Positions 12,755 through 27,173 of a stretch of 64,000 nucleotides of DNA are shown here, piece by piece (the first letter of the stretch is position 1; every line of letters begins with the position of its first letter). Origin of the DNA: Amoebidium appalachense (Eukaryota; Protista; Ichthyosporea); contig CAVNZM010000014.1 of assembly GCA_963693365.1 (NCBI GenBank), positions 6,696,001 to 6,760,000 on the forward strand, written 5' to 3'. The translations under genes and the position numbers were made by a program. The notes below the pieces were generated by a model, which was not told the origin of the DNA, made no database searches, and saw only the letters and a list, made by a program, of their open reading frames with translations.

Positions 12755-13199
12755 AAAAAAGAACAAAAAAAAGAACAAAAAAAAACAAAAACAAATGCAT
12801 ACTCGAGTGTGCCTATTTGCAAAATCTGCTCGTGTAGTCCCTAACCCATGCTACTACCCCCCCCCCCCCCTCCCTCCCCTCTTCTGCAACACTAACCCCC
12901 CCCCCCCCCCCCCCCCGGCGCCGCCTCACGCAGATGATGAGTTTGTAGTTGTGGATGATCCGAGTGCCGGTGGCCCCTCCCCTCCCTCTGGGCTCTACCC
13001 CCTCCCTCACCCCCCTCACCCCCTCCCTATCCCACCCACCTATCACCACCTACCCTTCCTTTGAGCGCGCCCGCGAAGTGACCTGCGAGATGGATACAGT
13101 CGAGGGGGATCATGACGTCATGTATCCCCCCATACCTCCCGCATCTGCCACTGCCCCTTCTGCCCCTCCCGACCTGCTTGCCTTTCAAGGTGTGTGGCT

Positions 13200-13252
<53 letters not shown>

Positions 13253-13736
13253 GGGGGGGGGGGGGGGGGGGATGGGGGGGATCTGTGGCGTTTGTTGGGG
13301 GGAGGAGGGTGGGGGGGGACCTGTAGCGTTTGTTAACTGTATTTCCGTGTTACGTTGTGTGACTCATCCAAATGGCAAGCTCTCTTTTCGGCTGTGATTT
13401 CGAGCTAACTGTGTGTGCTTGTGTGTATGTACAGTAAAGCCATTCGTTGATGGATGCTTGTTGAAAAAAGGTTCATTCGTGTGTACATATTTATTTGTGT
13501 TTTCTGTTTCACTTGCTCATGTGGATTTTATTTTGCCCCATCCACCCACCAAACCGCTTGCCAATGATCACTTATCCGCCTCACCCCCCCAACCACGTGC
13601 AGATGCGGAACTTTCTCGTCTCCGCCAGATGCTACTAGAACTGGGCTTCCGCGATGCAGCGCGCATTGACCGATATCTGAGTGAGTGCGGTGCGGACCTG
13701 GACACCGTGGTGGAGCGTTTGCTCGCCGACCAGTAG
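6761..13736 (+). CDS. p62/sequestosome-1-like selective autophagy receptor (PB1-coiled coil-ZZ-LIR-UBA), about 10 coding exons
   Basis: GT-AG exons: 6761-6850 (MVAQVIKLRYDGDVRR), 7329-7416 (LKYVDCDGDTVLIDSE, OPCA motif), 8581-9453 (E/R/K-rich), 9881-10083 (ZZ finger HLYVTCDVC...YKCTVCADYDMCAPCE...HNPHH), ~10426-10560, 10609-10707, 11653-11840, 12276-12358, 12934-13189 (DDDEFVVV, LIR-like), 13603-13736 (UBA, LLELGF...VVERLL). C-run indels disturb the frame in Pro-rich exons. Confidence 0.88.
8983..9126 (+). repeat. Four 36-nt (12-aa) coding tandem repeats
   Basis: KKEVERDVKEDY / KREVEGDVKEGI / KNVVERDVREEY / KREVERDMERTP in the third coding exon of the p62-like gene. Confidence 0.75.
10852..11046 (+). 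ncRNA. Candidate structured intronic RNA of unknown family
   Basis: Two small hairpins followed by a three-way junction closed by CATTCAAGT/ACTTGAATG. Several G-U pairs work only on the + strand. It lies in intron 10708-11652, amid low-complexity sequence. Confidence 0.4.
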
Positions 13737-14359
13737 AAATGGGTCGTTAAATTGTATGTGCGTTTAATGTTAAACTATTGCAGTATTGGTTGGGGTGTGA
13801 GTTGTGTGCAGGCCTATCAGTAGACATTCAAAAAAAAATTATTGTTTTTGTTTTTGACGATTATTGTTACCAGTAGAAAAGCGATTTTGTATTGTGTTTG
13901 CGTTCTAAGGTGTAATGTACATGATAATATGGTTGGGCATTCGGTATTTTTGTGTGTGTAGAGCTGTGGTGTGGCGGAAAATATATGGATACGCAAAAGG
14001 AAATACCTATGGATATGCAAAAGAAAAAATATATGGATGTATGCAAAAGGAAGTATGTAATTTATTCACCACTTTAACCCCCCCTCCCCCCTCCCCCCCT
14101 TGCGAACTATCGACACTTCTAAGCTCTTTGTCTTTTCCTAGCGAACTTCCATGTCTCTCGCTTTACACTATGAAGAATAAATCGTATTGCAACCTTTCCC
14201 ATTGCGTCATATTCATTATATCACTAGGCCCCAAAATTGTGTGTGTATTATTGTCAGGTCGTACTTACGTGTACGACCATATATGCAATTTTGCACCACG
14301 TTATCAATAGAAGCTTAACCAAAAATACGGATCTCCCCCCCCCCCCCCCCCCCCCCTCT

Positions 14360-14907
14360 CGCCGCTGCTGGACAGGGAACAATCGATGGTGTTTCTCAGG
14401 TCCACGGGCTTGTTTGCTGCAACACCAACCACTAACCTTTCTAAGCCGCCTGGGTGAAGGGTGGGTGGGTATGGGTGTTTGGGGAGGGGGTGGGGGGGGG
14501 GGGGGGGGTTAGGGATGGCGGGGGATTGGGGGGGCCATGCCACCAGCACCCGCGCTTGACATGCAGCAGGGCCATGTGCCGCACATGCCCCCTGCACCCC
14601 ATCCAGGCCACATGGCTGGCCCCCACCGTGGGGCATCATGCCGCCTCAGCCCGGCCCTGCCTTCCCCATGCCTGGGCTACTGCCGCAGCACGGTCCCCAT
14701 CCTTACTTGGGCCATGTGGGCCAGCCCTCGGCTGGTGGGCAGTTCCCACCCCCTTCTCGTGCATCTGCTGTGCTGGGCCTGGCGTTGCCACCTGCTGGAG
14801 AGACGCAGCTGCAATGGCACGATCGAAAGCAAAGTAATCGTGGCCGCAAGTCTGCAGGCAGCCAATCAGGATCTCAGAGTAGTCAGAGTAGCCAAACTAG
14901 TGTCTAA
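14360..14907 (+). other. Orphan Pro/Gly/Gln-rich coding-like fragment (possible gene or TE remnant)
   Basis: Overlapping ORFs 14537.. and 14638-14907 read like one frameshifted low-complexity protein end (MPPAPALDMQQGHVPH...SQSSQSSQTSV*). No recognisable domain or gene start. Confidence 0.25.
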
Positions 14908-15316
14908 TATTGGAATGTACACCAATGTAACGGATCTCATATGTGTTGTAGCGCTTCAAGTTATACCTGTTCTTCGTACAGTCATGTTAGGGGGGGGGGG
15001 GGGGGGGGGGGGGGGGCCTAGCTTTCATTCCGAAGTTTACTGTTAAGAATTAAAATTTAGAATCTGAGTAATAGTAAAGAGCCTTTGCACTTTTCTCTGT
15101 TTGTTAGTAATTCTTTGTGATCGAGAGTATGGTGTGTTAGACTACTGGTGTTAATGTGTCCTGGAAGGTGTATAATGTCTGCTGGCCGCAGTCAGTATTT
15201 ATTTTTAGGTATATATATTTTTAAATGTTGGCCGCTGGCCAATAAATAGCAATTAATAAACACACGATAAAGTCAACAGTGTGCCAAAAACTAATCCCCA
15301 GCGAGCGCACCCAGTG

Positions 15317-15430
<114 letters not shown>

Positions 15431-16296
15431 GTGCGTGCGTGCGTGCGTGCGTGTGTGCGTGTGTGCGTGTGTGTGTGTGTGAGTGTGTGTGTGTGCGTGT
15501 GTATGTGTGGTGTGGTGTGTGCGCGGCTTGTACATATGTACGTGTTCATGTGCACCTGTGTCGGACCGACGAAGTACATGAAAGTAAATTTTGACAGCAT
15601 CTCCCGGTGTGTTTGTGTATGTGTGCCAGTGCAGCAGGTGTGCCTTGTAACTGATAGCTTCGCCTTTTAACTTGTGTGTGTATATAGTAGAACACATAGA
15701 CACTTGCTGATCATTCGGATCGACATTAATATTTAATCTGTCGGTCCTCGGTTTTTTGAGTGAATGATGATCAAGTGTAAGAGCATTCACTTGGCAAGTA
15801 TTAATGTTGCAGAGGCTAGCTGCAGCTGCAAGCGTCGGATGCACACTGACAATTGTCTTTTCAGCGAGTCTAACCTGCAGGCTGCAGCTGCACACATATA
15901 GGGTTGTTATCTTGCGGCACATGCACGGTGATCGTTTCAGAGTAATAGAGTTCAGAGCAATGAAAATAATGAAAATAACTAAACTTTGTGACTGCTTTTA
16001 AATTTGCTGAGATCATACGTGGTGCAAGCTGCACTATGAACACATGTACAGTGCTAGTAATTAATACATTTTTGTTGCCTTCTGCAGGGTCACCGTAGCT
16101 ACGTCACGGCCTGCACTCAGGGGGGGGGGGGGGGGGGGGGGATGATTCGAAGGGGGTATAAATAAGAACATGCACCTAAAGGTCTTTCCCGTGGATCCTC
16201 CCCCCTCCCCCCCCCCCCCCCCCCCCCCCCCCCTCCCACCTCTCCCTCCCCTGGGGCCCCATACTATGATATCTAGGCCCAATATTATATGCCCCT

Positions 16297-16330
<34 letters not shown>

Positions 16331-16401
16331 TTCTCCGGATCCCCGGACCCCACTTCCCTACCCGGAGGCTCGAGAGCTCCCCCTTCCCCCCTCTCCCCCC
16401 C

Positions 16402-16434
<33 letters not shown>

Positions 16435-17725
16435 GGCTTACGGGGGCCCTTCTTCATTGAGGGGGAGGGGGTGGGGGTGGGGGGAGGGGAAGTGGAAGGC
16501 GGGGGTGGATGCATGTCAGCCTAGGTGAATTAAATTGTTTAACTCCAGTGTACAGGACTGGTCTGAAGGCTTAAGAAAACAACGAGGAAATGGGGTCCAG
16601 TGGAGGTGGTGGTGGTGTTCTGTGTGTGTGTGTACACGTGCACGTATGTGTGTGGTTTTTTTGGGGGGTGAGTGGTGGTGGTGGTGGTGGTGGTGGTCAC
16701 CGTGGTGGTGGTGTGTGTGTCTGGTGTGTGTGTGTGGGGGGGGGGGGGGGGGGGGGGGGGGGAGGGAGGGGGGGGGGGGGGGGGGGGGGGATAGAAAGAA
16801 AAACTCGCTCGTGGGTCACTGTTTTTCGTCACTGTATTTGTAACGGGCCGCTCATTTTATATAACTACTTTAAGTACACGTGTTCATTATCATATACAAT
16901 GGCCAAATATAGAAATTTTGGCGTCGAAGTTCTTGGAGCTAAAAAAACGTTTAAAAGGGGGAAATAATAGCTTGGCCCAAAATTTACCTTGCCATTTTTA
17001 GCGAATGTATTTTTTATTCATGAGTTCTAGTAATTCAATGAGTGCACGTGCCTGCCTCAGGCTGATCATGACAACTGCAACACACCATTCCTACATGGAT
17101 ATCAACCAAAAGAAAATAGTATCTACTGTGGTGGTCTCCTAAACCTTGTGCGGCATGCGCATACATGATATTACAGTGACACATGTGCATATTATTGTTC
17201 TGTACACCAGAGTGTGGTGCACGTGGCTGTTTTGTGCACATGCTACAATAGCAGCACGATCTCCCTAAACTCCATGTTTACACATCCCTCACCCTGGCTC
17301 TGCCTTGTCGGTGCTCCAAAACACACACACAAATCCCCCTAGACTCAGTGCCTGCACATGGTCGCATTCACGTGCAGGTCACGTGACACATGCAATGCCA
17401 TACTGCCGTCTACAGCAACAACCACGGCAGCATGTATACCGGCCCAGCACGAAATATACTTATCGGCAGCCCACTGAACTCGCCCATTCTCTCTTTTTCA
17501 TGTATGACCCTGCTTTTTTGTGAAATCACCCTTTTTGGCCTCCCAGTAGTGGATTTTGCAGGATTTGACTTCTTTGAGGTCCAAAAACCTCAAATTTTCC
17601 CCGGCGGGGCCGGGGAGGGAGAATTCAAAAATTGCCCGCTCCTGATATGGTACCCGGGCCGGACGGGGGGAGGGGGGAGGGGGAGAGGGGTTTACAGATT
17701 AATTTGTATTTGGGTGTGTGTGTGT

Positions 17726-17778
<53 letters not shown>

Positions 17779-18703
17779 GGAATTGGGGAAAACTGTGATT
17801 CAGGAGGGGGGACGACTGGGTAATGAGAGGGGAGCAACCTACACACTATTTCCTATGTGGGGGCACATGCACAAGCGCGTGCCTGCTCATTATTGATGCA
17901 ACAATGGGTCGTGTACTATATTTCTATAAAACAACTAAAAAAGTACTAATGTCGCAAAATCTCAAAAAAATTGTATGGACCAATAATTCGCGCGTCATGC
18001 AAATATTAGCCAAATATGGAAACTTGGGCGGAAAGTTTTGGCACGCAAAAAAAAGAAGTTTTTATTAAACACCTAAAGAAGTAGGATATGAATGCACAAG
18101 CCCCACACAGTTGTTTAGTGACACGTGTGTTATGCAGATTGAAAACACACAAGGTTCGCACAAAAACAGGGCACAGGTCAAAGCACAGAACACACAACGA
18201 CCGAACCGCTGCGGGCTGTTGCATTCACCAATTTTGTTTGTTCAACAAGCCTTCGAAGTTAGTTGCATATGCACAACAACCCCTCCAGGACACGGTACTG
18301 CATATCCACACACACGTGCCAAACACGTGTAAGCAATGATCATTAGGTCTTGGGACATGCATACATTTATATCTCAGATTATGTTGATTGTGCATGTGCA
18401 CATGTGCTAGAAGAGTTTGGTAAGTGGTCCCGCGACTGCCAAATTTGAGTTCCCAGCCATACAGTTTACTTAAAGGTACATATGCAACTTCAAGTAACTG
18501 AGGTACATAGCACACTCGGTATACACATCTAGTAGGCAATATACATAGCGGACAACGTGCTAAAATCAAAATGTGTCCCTAAGGATAGTAGGAGCTAGGC
18601 GCCATGTACAACGGTACATACCCCTGTGCCCCCCGCGCCCCCCTCCCCCCCTCTCTCCACCTTTCCCCCCCCCTTCATCCACCCACCTCTCCGTTACCCC
18701 CCC

Positions 18704-18735
<32 letters not shown>

Positions 18736-18746
18736 GGGGGGGGGGG

Positions 18747-18784
<38 letters not shown>

Positions 18785-19032
18785 GAGAGAGGGAGGGAGG
18801 GAGAGAAGGAGGGAGGAAATGCTGCCACGAGTTGGGGGGGGGGAAAGAGAGAGTGTGTGTGTCCGTCACAGTGTATATGCATGTTTGTGTGTGCGTGTGT
18901 GCGTATTTGTGTGTGTGTACACGTGTGGCGCGTGGTCACAAATTGGCATGTGTACGTAGCACGTCTAGCGGATCCACGTGCGAGGAATCTTCGTATTGTT
19001 ATGGATTTTGCTCTATTGTATGCACAACCACC

Positions 19033-20417
19033 CTATTCTGAATCTGATGAATCACAATTATAAACAATACAACTTGGTAGCCGCGTATCAGACATGTTTA
19101 CGGCCCTTTTTATAAACGTGTCCAAATCCTCCAGGCTGGGCACAGCATTCATGTCACGCATGCTGTGTACCTTACCCGTCTCTTTTTCGTTCATCGTCTT
19201 TGCCCTTCTCGACTGCACCACTTCGTGCTTTACAAGCAGGGTTACTTTCTTGTTCAATTCCTCCCTCTCTGCACGCCTTTTTTCTTCATCTCGCGCATCC
19301 ACAAGTGCCATACGCCAGTTTGCCGCCGACTTACGAGCAAGTTTCGGGTTTGGGCTCTGCAGACTTAACATAGAAATCGTGGATTGAACACGTTTCAAGG
19401 TTAGCTTTGGGGCCTCTTGTTGCTTGTTTGTACATTCCTCGATTTTGCCCTTGTCGTCAGTGCTTTCCTTGGAGGAGAAAGTGTGGAATCGAAGATCGTG
19501 AGACTGTGCTGAGTGAAGAAATCCTTTCCGCGGGGGGGGACTCTTTCTACGTCTGCAACCTGGGGAAAAGTCAGAAAAAACCGGATTTTGCTTCACGGCC
19601 CCCTTGTGTGTGTATGACTGTGTTTCAAGTTTCTCAATTTCTTCACTGGAGGGGGTCCTAGAGAACATGCTCATGGAAAAGCGAAGACCGAAAGACTTGG
19701 CCGTTTTGAGAATTCCCTCCAGGCCTAGGGGGCTGTGGCTGCCGGCGGACAGCTTGATGGGCATCTCCGACTTGCTGTAAGGGAACTGTTAGTACTTCTT
19801 CTCTGAGGATGGTTGTGGTTTCAGCATGAACGTGCACACCTCTAATTAGCAATGGAGAACCATCATGATATGTAGCCACGGGGCTTCGAATACAACACAT
19901 GAGTGGGGCTTTCGTTATTAGTCTTAATGCTAGATACTGTGTGACTATGAGGAGGCGTTTGCCTCCTCACTCTTCCTACCACATATACCCCCCCCCCCCC
20001 ATCCCCCCTCCCCTTCTCCTACCCTCCCCAATAGCACACAGGCAACGCATTCAAACGGTGCACAAATTTCACACGTTGAAAGTCTGGTACACACTTGTTA
20101 TTATTGATAGCTCAGTGTGTTTATGAGTACGCCATGTGGAGCCATTCGTGAGCAGAGGGGCAAGTGCATACTTTGTAACCACTGCCTGCGCAACAAAGAA
20201 GGAGGCATTCTGCGAAAGGTTTACTATACATAGGCCTTCGGAGCCCCGTGGCAAGGACTCGTTACAGAGAGCGAGCTAAAAGGTGTAGCTGGCGATCGAA
20301 TGACGATCGCAAAAAGCAAGCTATATTGACACCTGAGGTTCCCATTTATGTTCTAATGACCATGTCGTTTATGAATTTGAAGTTAGGTACTTACTTTGGC
20401 TTGTTGAGAGGGTCCAT
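19033..20417 (-). CDS. Orphan family copy 1, hypothetical protein of about 254 aa, two coding exons
   Basis: Exon 1 at 20417-20395 (MDPLNKP, then AA|GTAAGT). Exon 2 at 19774-19033, preceded by a TACTAAC branch point and TTACAG acceptor. Phases join (N-K-S-E-M...). Conserved core ANWRMALVDARDEEKRRAEREELNKKVTLLV. Confidence 0.75.
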
Positions 20418-22912
20418 TCTCTACCACCTGGCGAGTCCACAGCTTATCGATAGCTCTTATCGATACAATGTTTGTCAAATTCTGAACAGAAATGAGCGCC
20501 ACGTTCAGTTTATATACCGTGCGGCAGCAGTTGCGGCAGCAACAATGGAATGTTCCCTTAACCAATGGATGAGGAAGGAACCCAAAAAATAGATAAAACC
20601 GGTTAGCCTACCGACGGCTCCGATGATTTTCAGGCCTCTTTCAAGTACCTAGCATGTGGTACATGCGTCAGCAGCTAATGTTTCTTTGTTTTCTCTTTTT
20701 TTCTCTTTTCATTTTTACATGCTTTATATGTAGTTAGCATGCGTGAAAAACACGGCGAGTGGACGTGGGTTTGGGAAACACTCAATAACCCCCCGGGACC
20801 ACTCTCCGGGGTTCTATATTAAGTTATAAATCCGTCTCTCAGATGCACGGAAATCAGTATGATATTGTGATCCGGTGCCTTGACTTTCTTTCGGAGCTAC
20901 CGATGCTTTTGTTTGTAGCCTCTGCTTACCCATAATATGTAGTAGGGGTGTCATATACTACGATGGCGCTCATTGTTGCCTAGCATGTACATATGTCACT
21001 GGCTGCATTTGATTGGCTGCGCTAGAAAACGCAGTAGGCCGTCGAATGTGGCTGGGCCTCCGGCAGTGTCCACGCAATAAAAAGTGTGTAAACCCCTATG
21101 AAAAGGTGAACTTGAGGTCAGGTGTAAAGGGTTTACAGTGTAAAGGTCGCATATATAGCCAAAATTTGTACATAACTAGGTTTTGATACCCTTTTTTAAT
21201 GTATATTGTGTGATTTCATTCCTTTTTTTTTTAAAAAAAAAGGCAGAGGATTCTCGTTTCTCTTTTTTTTTATTATAATTCAGTTACAGTGCGTGACAAA
21301 ACTGTGAAGCTCTGTGGCTGCACGTTGCCTTCATCAACGGATCAATAAAACCGAGTCAAAAGAAAAATAATTTCATAGAAATTATTCAAGCAAGCTCTCT
21401 GGTGATCCTAAAGGGATCACAACAACCAATCACAACCAAGAAAATTTATCCAGTGTACGTCACGCGGCGGGCCGGGCCAGGGGTCAGAAGCTCCTCCCAG
21501 AACTCATTACGCACTAGTGTTATAGTAACACTTCTGCAAATTATAGATGGTGGTTATGCTTTGTAAATGGACCGCTGTCGAGCTCGAGGTCGTCTACATG
21601 TATGTTATTCTACAGGAGGGGCGCTTCCGTACATGCTATGATAGCGCTAGCCTGTGTATCCGGTAGATCTCCGACGACCCAGATCACCGAACAGCCGAAC
21701 CCTGAGCTGGTTTGTCACGGTGGACTCAATTGCTGTCTACCAAAGTTCATGCATCACTGTGGCCACTGAGTCGCACACTTCGTGTGTCGTTATACGAACT
21801 CCAAGAAGTACATATGTGAGATATAGCCCGGCTATAAGTATGTAGCACTGGCAGTGCCAGGACACTCGAACTCCTACAATATGTGAATTGAGTATTATTT
21901 AATGCCCCTTCAAGGGTCACACGGACCCGCCGTGCACCGTGGAGACAGACAGCAACATACATACCTTTACTATATTTTAGAAACACGTGTAGAATAGCCA
22001 ATGTGTAAGTGTGTAACTTGGCAACGGATGAATCATAACATGAGTCACGATGCATCATGTGAGCGTAGCCCAATCGGCAATCGGTCATGAATTTAACACA
22101 TGATGTGCACCGCGTGACCATAACGTTGGCAGAAGGCTGCCACCATTTTGCCACAAGGATCTGATTCGAGTATAGACCGTTTTAAAAATGATTTTTTTCA
22201 AATTCTGCCTAACCTTATATGGCTCACCGGAATAATTCTTGTGATTGGTTGCGCCAAAAGCAAGGGCCAAGGTAAGGGCCGCTCAGGCGGTGACAGGCCA
22301 AAATCTCAGACCGACAGCCTCTCAAAAGCAGTTAAGCCCCGATTTTACTTAGAAAGTGGTTTTCGTCCATAAGAAAAAGTTTTAGGAAATAAAAAGACGC
22401 GCAAAATGATATAAGCTGTCGGGGTGCTCCGACAACGCCTACATCGCTAAAATCATCAAAACCCGTCTTGCAGAGCCTCTTACCACCTTGCCTCGAGGTC
22501 GATCGTCTATGATAGAATTATGGTTTTTGCCTGTTTTCGCTACGAAATATGCGCCGGACACCCCATGTTGCTAATACAAAAATTGCTTGTCGCTTTGTTT
22601 ATCAAATTATTTATTAATGGAGCAAAACCCCTTTTATATTCAAAATATTGATTTTAAGCATTATAAGCAGGTTTGGTATATGACCGCCGATTACTGAGCC
22701 CTTCATTTCGCCAGTTCGGCTGGCTGGATCTTCCTAGAGCGAAGCAAACACTTGAGATTCACAATTAGTAAATCTAAATTGGTCTATATTTATAAATTTT
22801 CATACGTAGTAGCACTATCAAGTAGTTGGCACGAATTCATTTTATCAATGACTGATCGATGATTGGGTTTTTTTTAACGTGTGTTGACATTGTGAGGGAA
22901 TGAACGGTTAGA

Positions 22913-24260
<1,348 letters not shown>

Positions 24261-24503
24261 AGGGGGAGAGCGAAAAAATTCAGCAAAACGGTTCGGCGGG
24301 AACCATTCGCCTTAAACAGTAATTTCCGTTTCGCAAAACAGCCAGGGAGTAACGTTGAATTTCCAGGAAATTTTGAGTCAAAGGGAAAAGAATTTCATTG
24401 AAAGGCTTTATGATGGGCCGACAGTGACATTACTAGGGGAAAATAATTGGGAGATTTTTTTGTTTAATTTCAGAAGAAAACATTACCTGTATGGAGTGTC
24501 ATA

Positions 24504-25223
24504 CAGGGGTGGTCTAAACTAGGCTTAAAGTTTCCGAAATTAACGAGGATGAAACCATGGAATTGCGGCGAGCGGGCTCCCGGCCATTCTCATATGAAAA
24601 ACAGGGTGTCATTGAGAGTGAAAAGGTAGCCGGAAAAAGGATGCGCTAGAGCTGTAATTTTTGCATGATAATTATGAAAATAGTGTTTTCTTCAAACGCT
24701 CAGTACAGAAAAATTATAACTCAATTGGTTCAGAGTCAGCGACCAAAAAACAACTGCCCCAAATCTAGTACGTTTTACATAGTAACAAACGTACCAGATT
24801 TGGGGCAGTTGGTTTTTTGGTCGCCACGGCTGAACCAATTGAGTTATAATTTTTCTGTACTGAGCGTTTGAAGAAAACACTATTTTCATAATTATCATGC
24901 AAAAATTACAGCTCTAGCGCATGCGTTTTCCGGCTACCTTTTCACTCTCAATGTAACCCTGTTTTTCATATGAGAATGGCCGGGAGCCCGGTCGCTGCAA
25001 TTCCATGGTTCCAGCTACCTTAAGATTGTAGCGATAGAAAATTTGGAAAATCATAGTAGTACTAAGATTTTAATATATTAGCTGGCTAAACCCCCGCGGC
25101 ACATATTAGAACTAAGATTTTTCCCTGGGCGGTCCTCGTGGGCTAGTGGGGTCTGAAAATAAGATTCGAGCTGGCTAGAAGTACAGCACAAATTCACGCA
25201 ATCTTTAATTCGGCACACCCCTG
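24504..25223. mobile_element. Non-autonomous TIR DNA transposon (hAT-like ends), 720 bp
   Basis: CAGGGGTG (24504) and CACCCCTG (25216-25223) termini. Flanks GAGTGTCATA / TAGTGCCATA resemble a decayed target-site duplication; the TA on both sides would also fit Tc1/mariner. No transposase ORF. Confidence 0.55.
24553..25010. repeat. Near-perfect 458-bp palindrome (foldback)
   Basis: Arms AACCATGGAATTGC...GTACGTTT and AAACGTAC...GCAATTCCATGGTT, centred at ~24781, with a tiny loop and only a few mismatch patches. Mirror ORFs 24665-24871(+) and 24692-24898(-) confirm the symmetry. Confidence 0.95.
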
Positions 25224-26535
25224 TAGTGCCATAAGTTGCTTTCCTCCTCCTTCCCCCCCCCCCCCCCTCCCCCCCCCCTCCCCCCCCCCCCCCCCCCCTC
25301 CCCCCCCCCCCCCCCCCTCCCCCAGCACACCAAAAAAGAAGAGAAAGAAAGAAAAAGAATGAAGTAAAGAAAGAAGGAAGAATTTTTTAAAGGAAGAAAG
25401 AAAAAAATAAAAAATAACATCAGAAAGTCATTTTTTAATAAAAAAAACAATAAAAAACAATAATGCATACACTAAAAATGTGAAAGGTAAAAACAAAATA
25501 ACGAATACTTGAAACAACAATAACACGGACAACAAGCGTAAAAGTTTAGGGGAAAAGAAAAATAATACAAATTTGAAATAACAACACTGAACGGCAATTA
25601 GATTTAAGGCAGCCTCGAGCCCTAGCCAAACCAACCCCCCCCCCCCCCCCCCCCCCCTCCCTCCCCCCCCCTCCCCCCCCCTCCCCCCCCCCCCCTCCTC
25701 CCCCCCCCCCCCCCCCCCCCCCCCCCCACCACCACCACCAATTTTTTTACATATAATGGTGCATACGGTGGCTAGGTATATCTGCTGATATGCATGCATA
25801 GGAAATGCATGCATGCAAAACGTCAATAATATGGTTAACTTTCAGGAAATTTCCTTGTAAAGAGCTAGCCTTCGCATTTTTGCCCTCCCTTCAGTGAGGC
25901 TCCCTGCTTACCCTCCCCCTCTCCCCCCCCCCCCTTCCCCCCCCCTCCCCCCTCCCCTCCCCCCCTCCCCCCGGACCCCACCCCCCCACCGTTCCCCCCC
26001 CCCCCCCCCCCCCCCCCTCCACCCCCCCACCCCCCCCTCCACCCCCTCCCCCCTCCCCCCTCCACCCCCCTCCCCCCTCCACCCCCTCCCCCCTTCTCCC
26101 CCCTCCCCCGTGGAACAGAAGTCATTTCATCAAAGTCAAATTCACCGAATACGCCTCTGACACTGGTTCTACTTGGGTCAAGTTGTGCAGCAGACTCTTT
26201 TGGCAAAGTGAACCAGCTGTAAACAAACCACCTTAGCACCCTAGCTAGGGTACAATCGGTGCTCAGGTGGAAGACGGTAGTTGCTATGAAGGCCCCTGTG
26301 GGGTCCCTTCGAGAATAAAATGGGATAAAACTCGAAGAAAATCAAAAACTTACTACTAGCAAATATCGTGTGGCACGTATTTGAAGGCTACTTGGTAGAA
26401 CTTCACAGCTAAGCACGGCCGGTGTGACGTGAATTCGAAGACACTTCTTTACAAGTGAAAAAGGTTCAATTGGGTAGTCCCAGATGCAATAATGATTGGT
26501 GGTTTGGTACTGTGACCTCTGAGTCCGAAGATTTC

Positions 26536-26635
<100 letters not shown>

Positions 26636-26840
26636 AACACTTTTGCACACGATTTCACACACCCTTACACACACACATACGCATGTGCTTATTGTCAGAC
26701 GCACACACACACACACATACATACGTAAACACACACAAACACACACACACACACACCGTGACACACACACACACATGCACGTGCATAACTTAGCGTGCAC
26801 GCATGCCCGCACGCGCACACACATGTACACACACACACAC

Positions 26841-26878
<38 letters not shown>

Positions 26879-27041
26879 CACGCACACACACGCGCGTGCA
26901 CACACACGCGCGTGCACACAGACACACGCACGTGCGCGGGCACGTGCGTTACTTCACATGCACACGCGCTCACCGTGACAAACACACACACACACACACC
27001 GTCCACACACACGTGCACACGCAAACACACACACACACCGT

Positions 27042-27076
<35 letters not shown>

Positions 27077-27106
27077 CTCACGCAGGCACGCAGGTACGCG
27101 CGTGCA

Positions 27107-27173
<67 letters not shown>

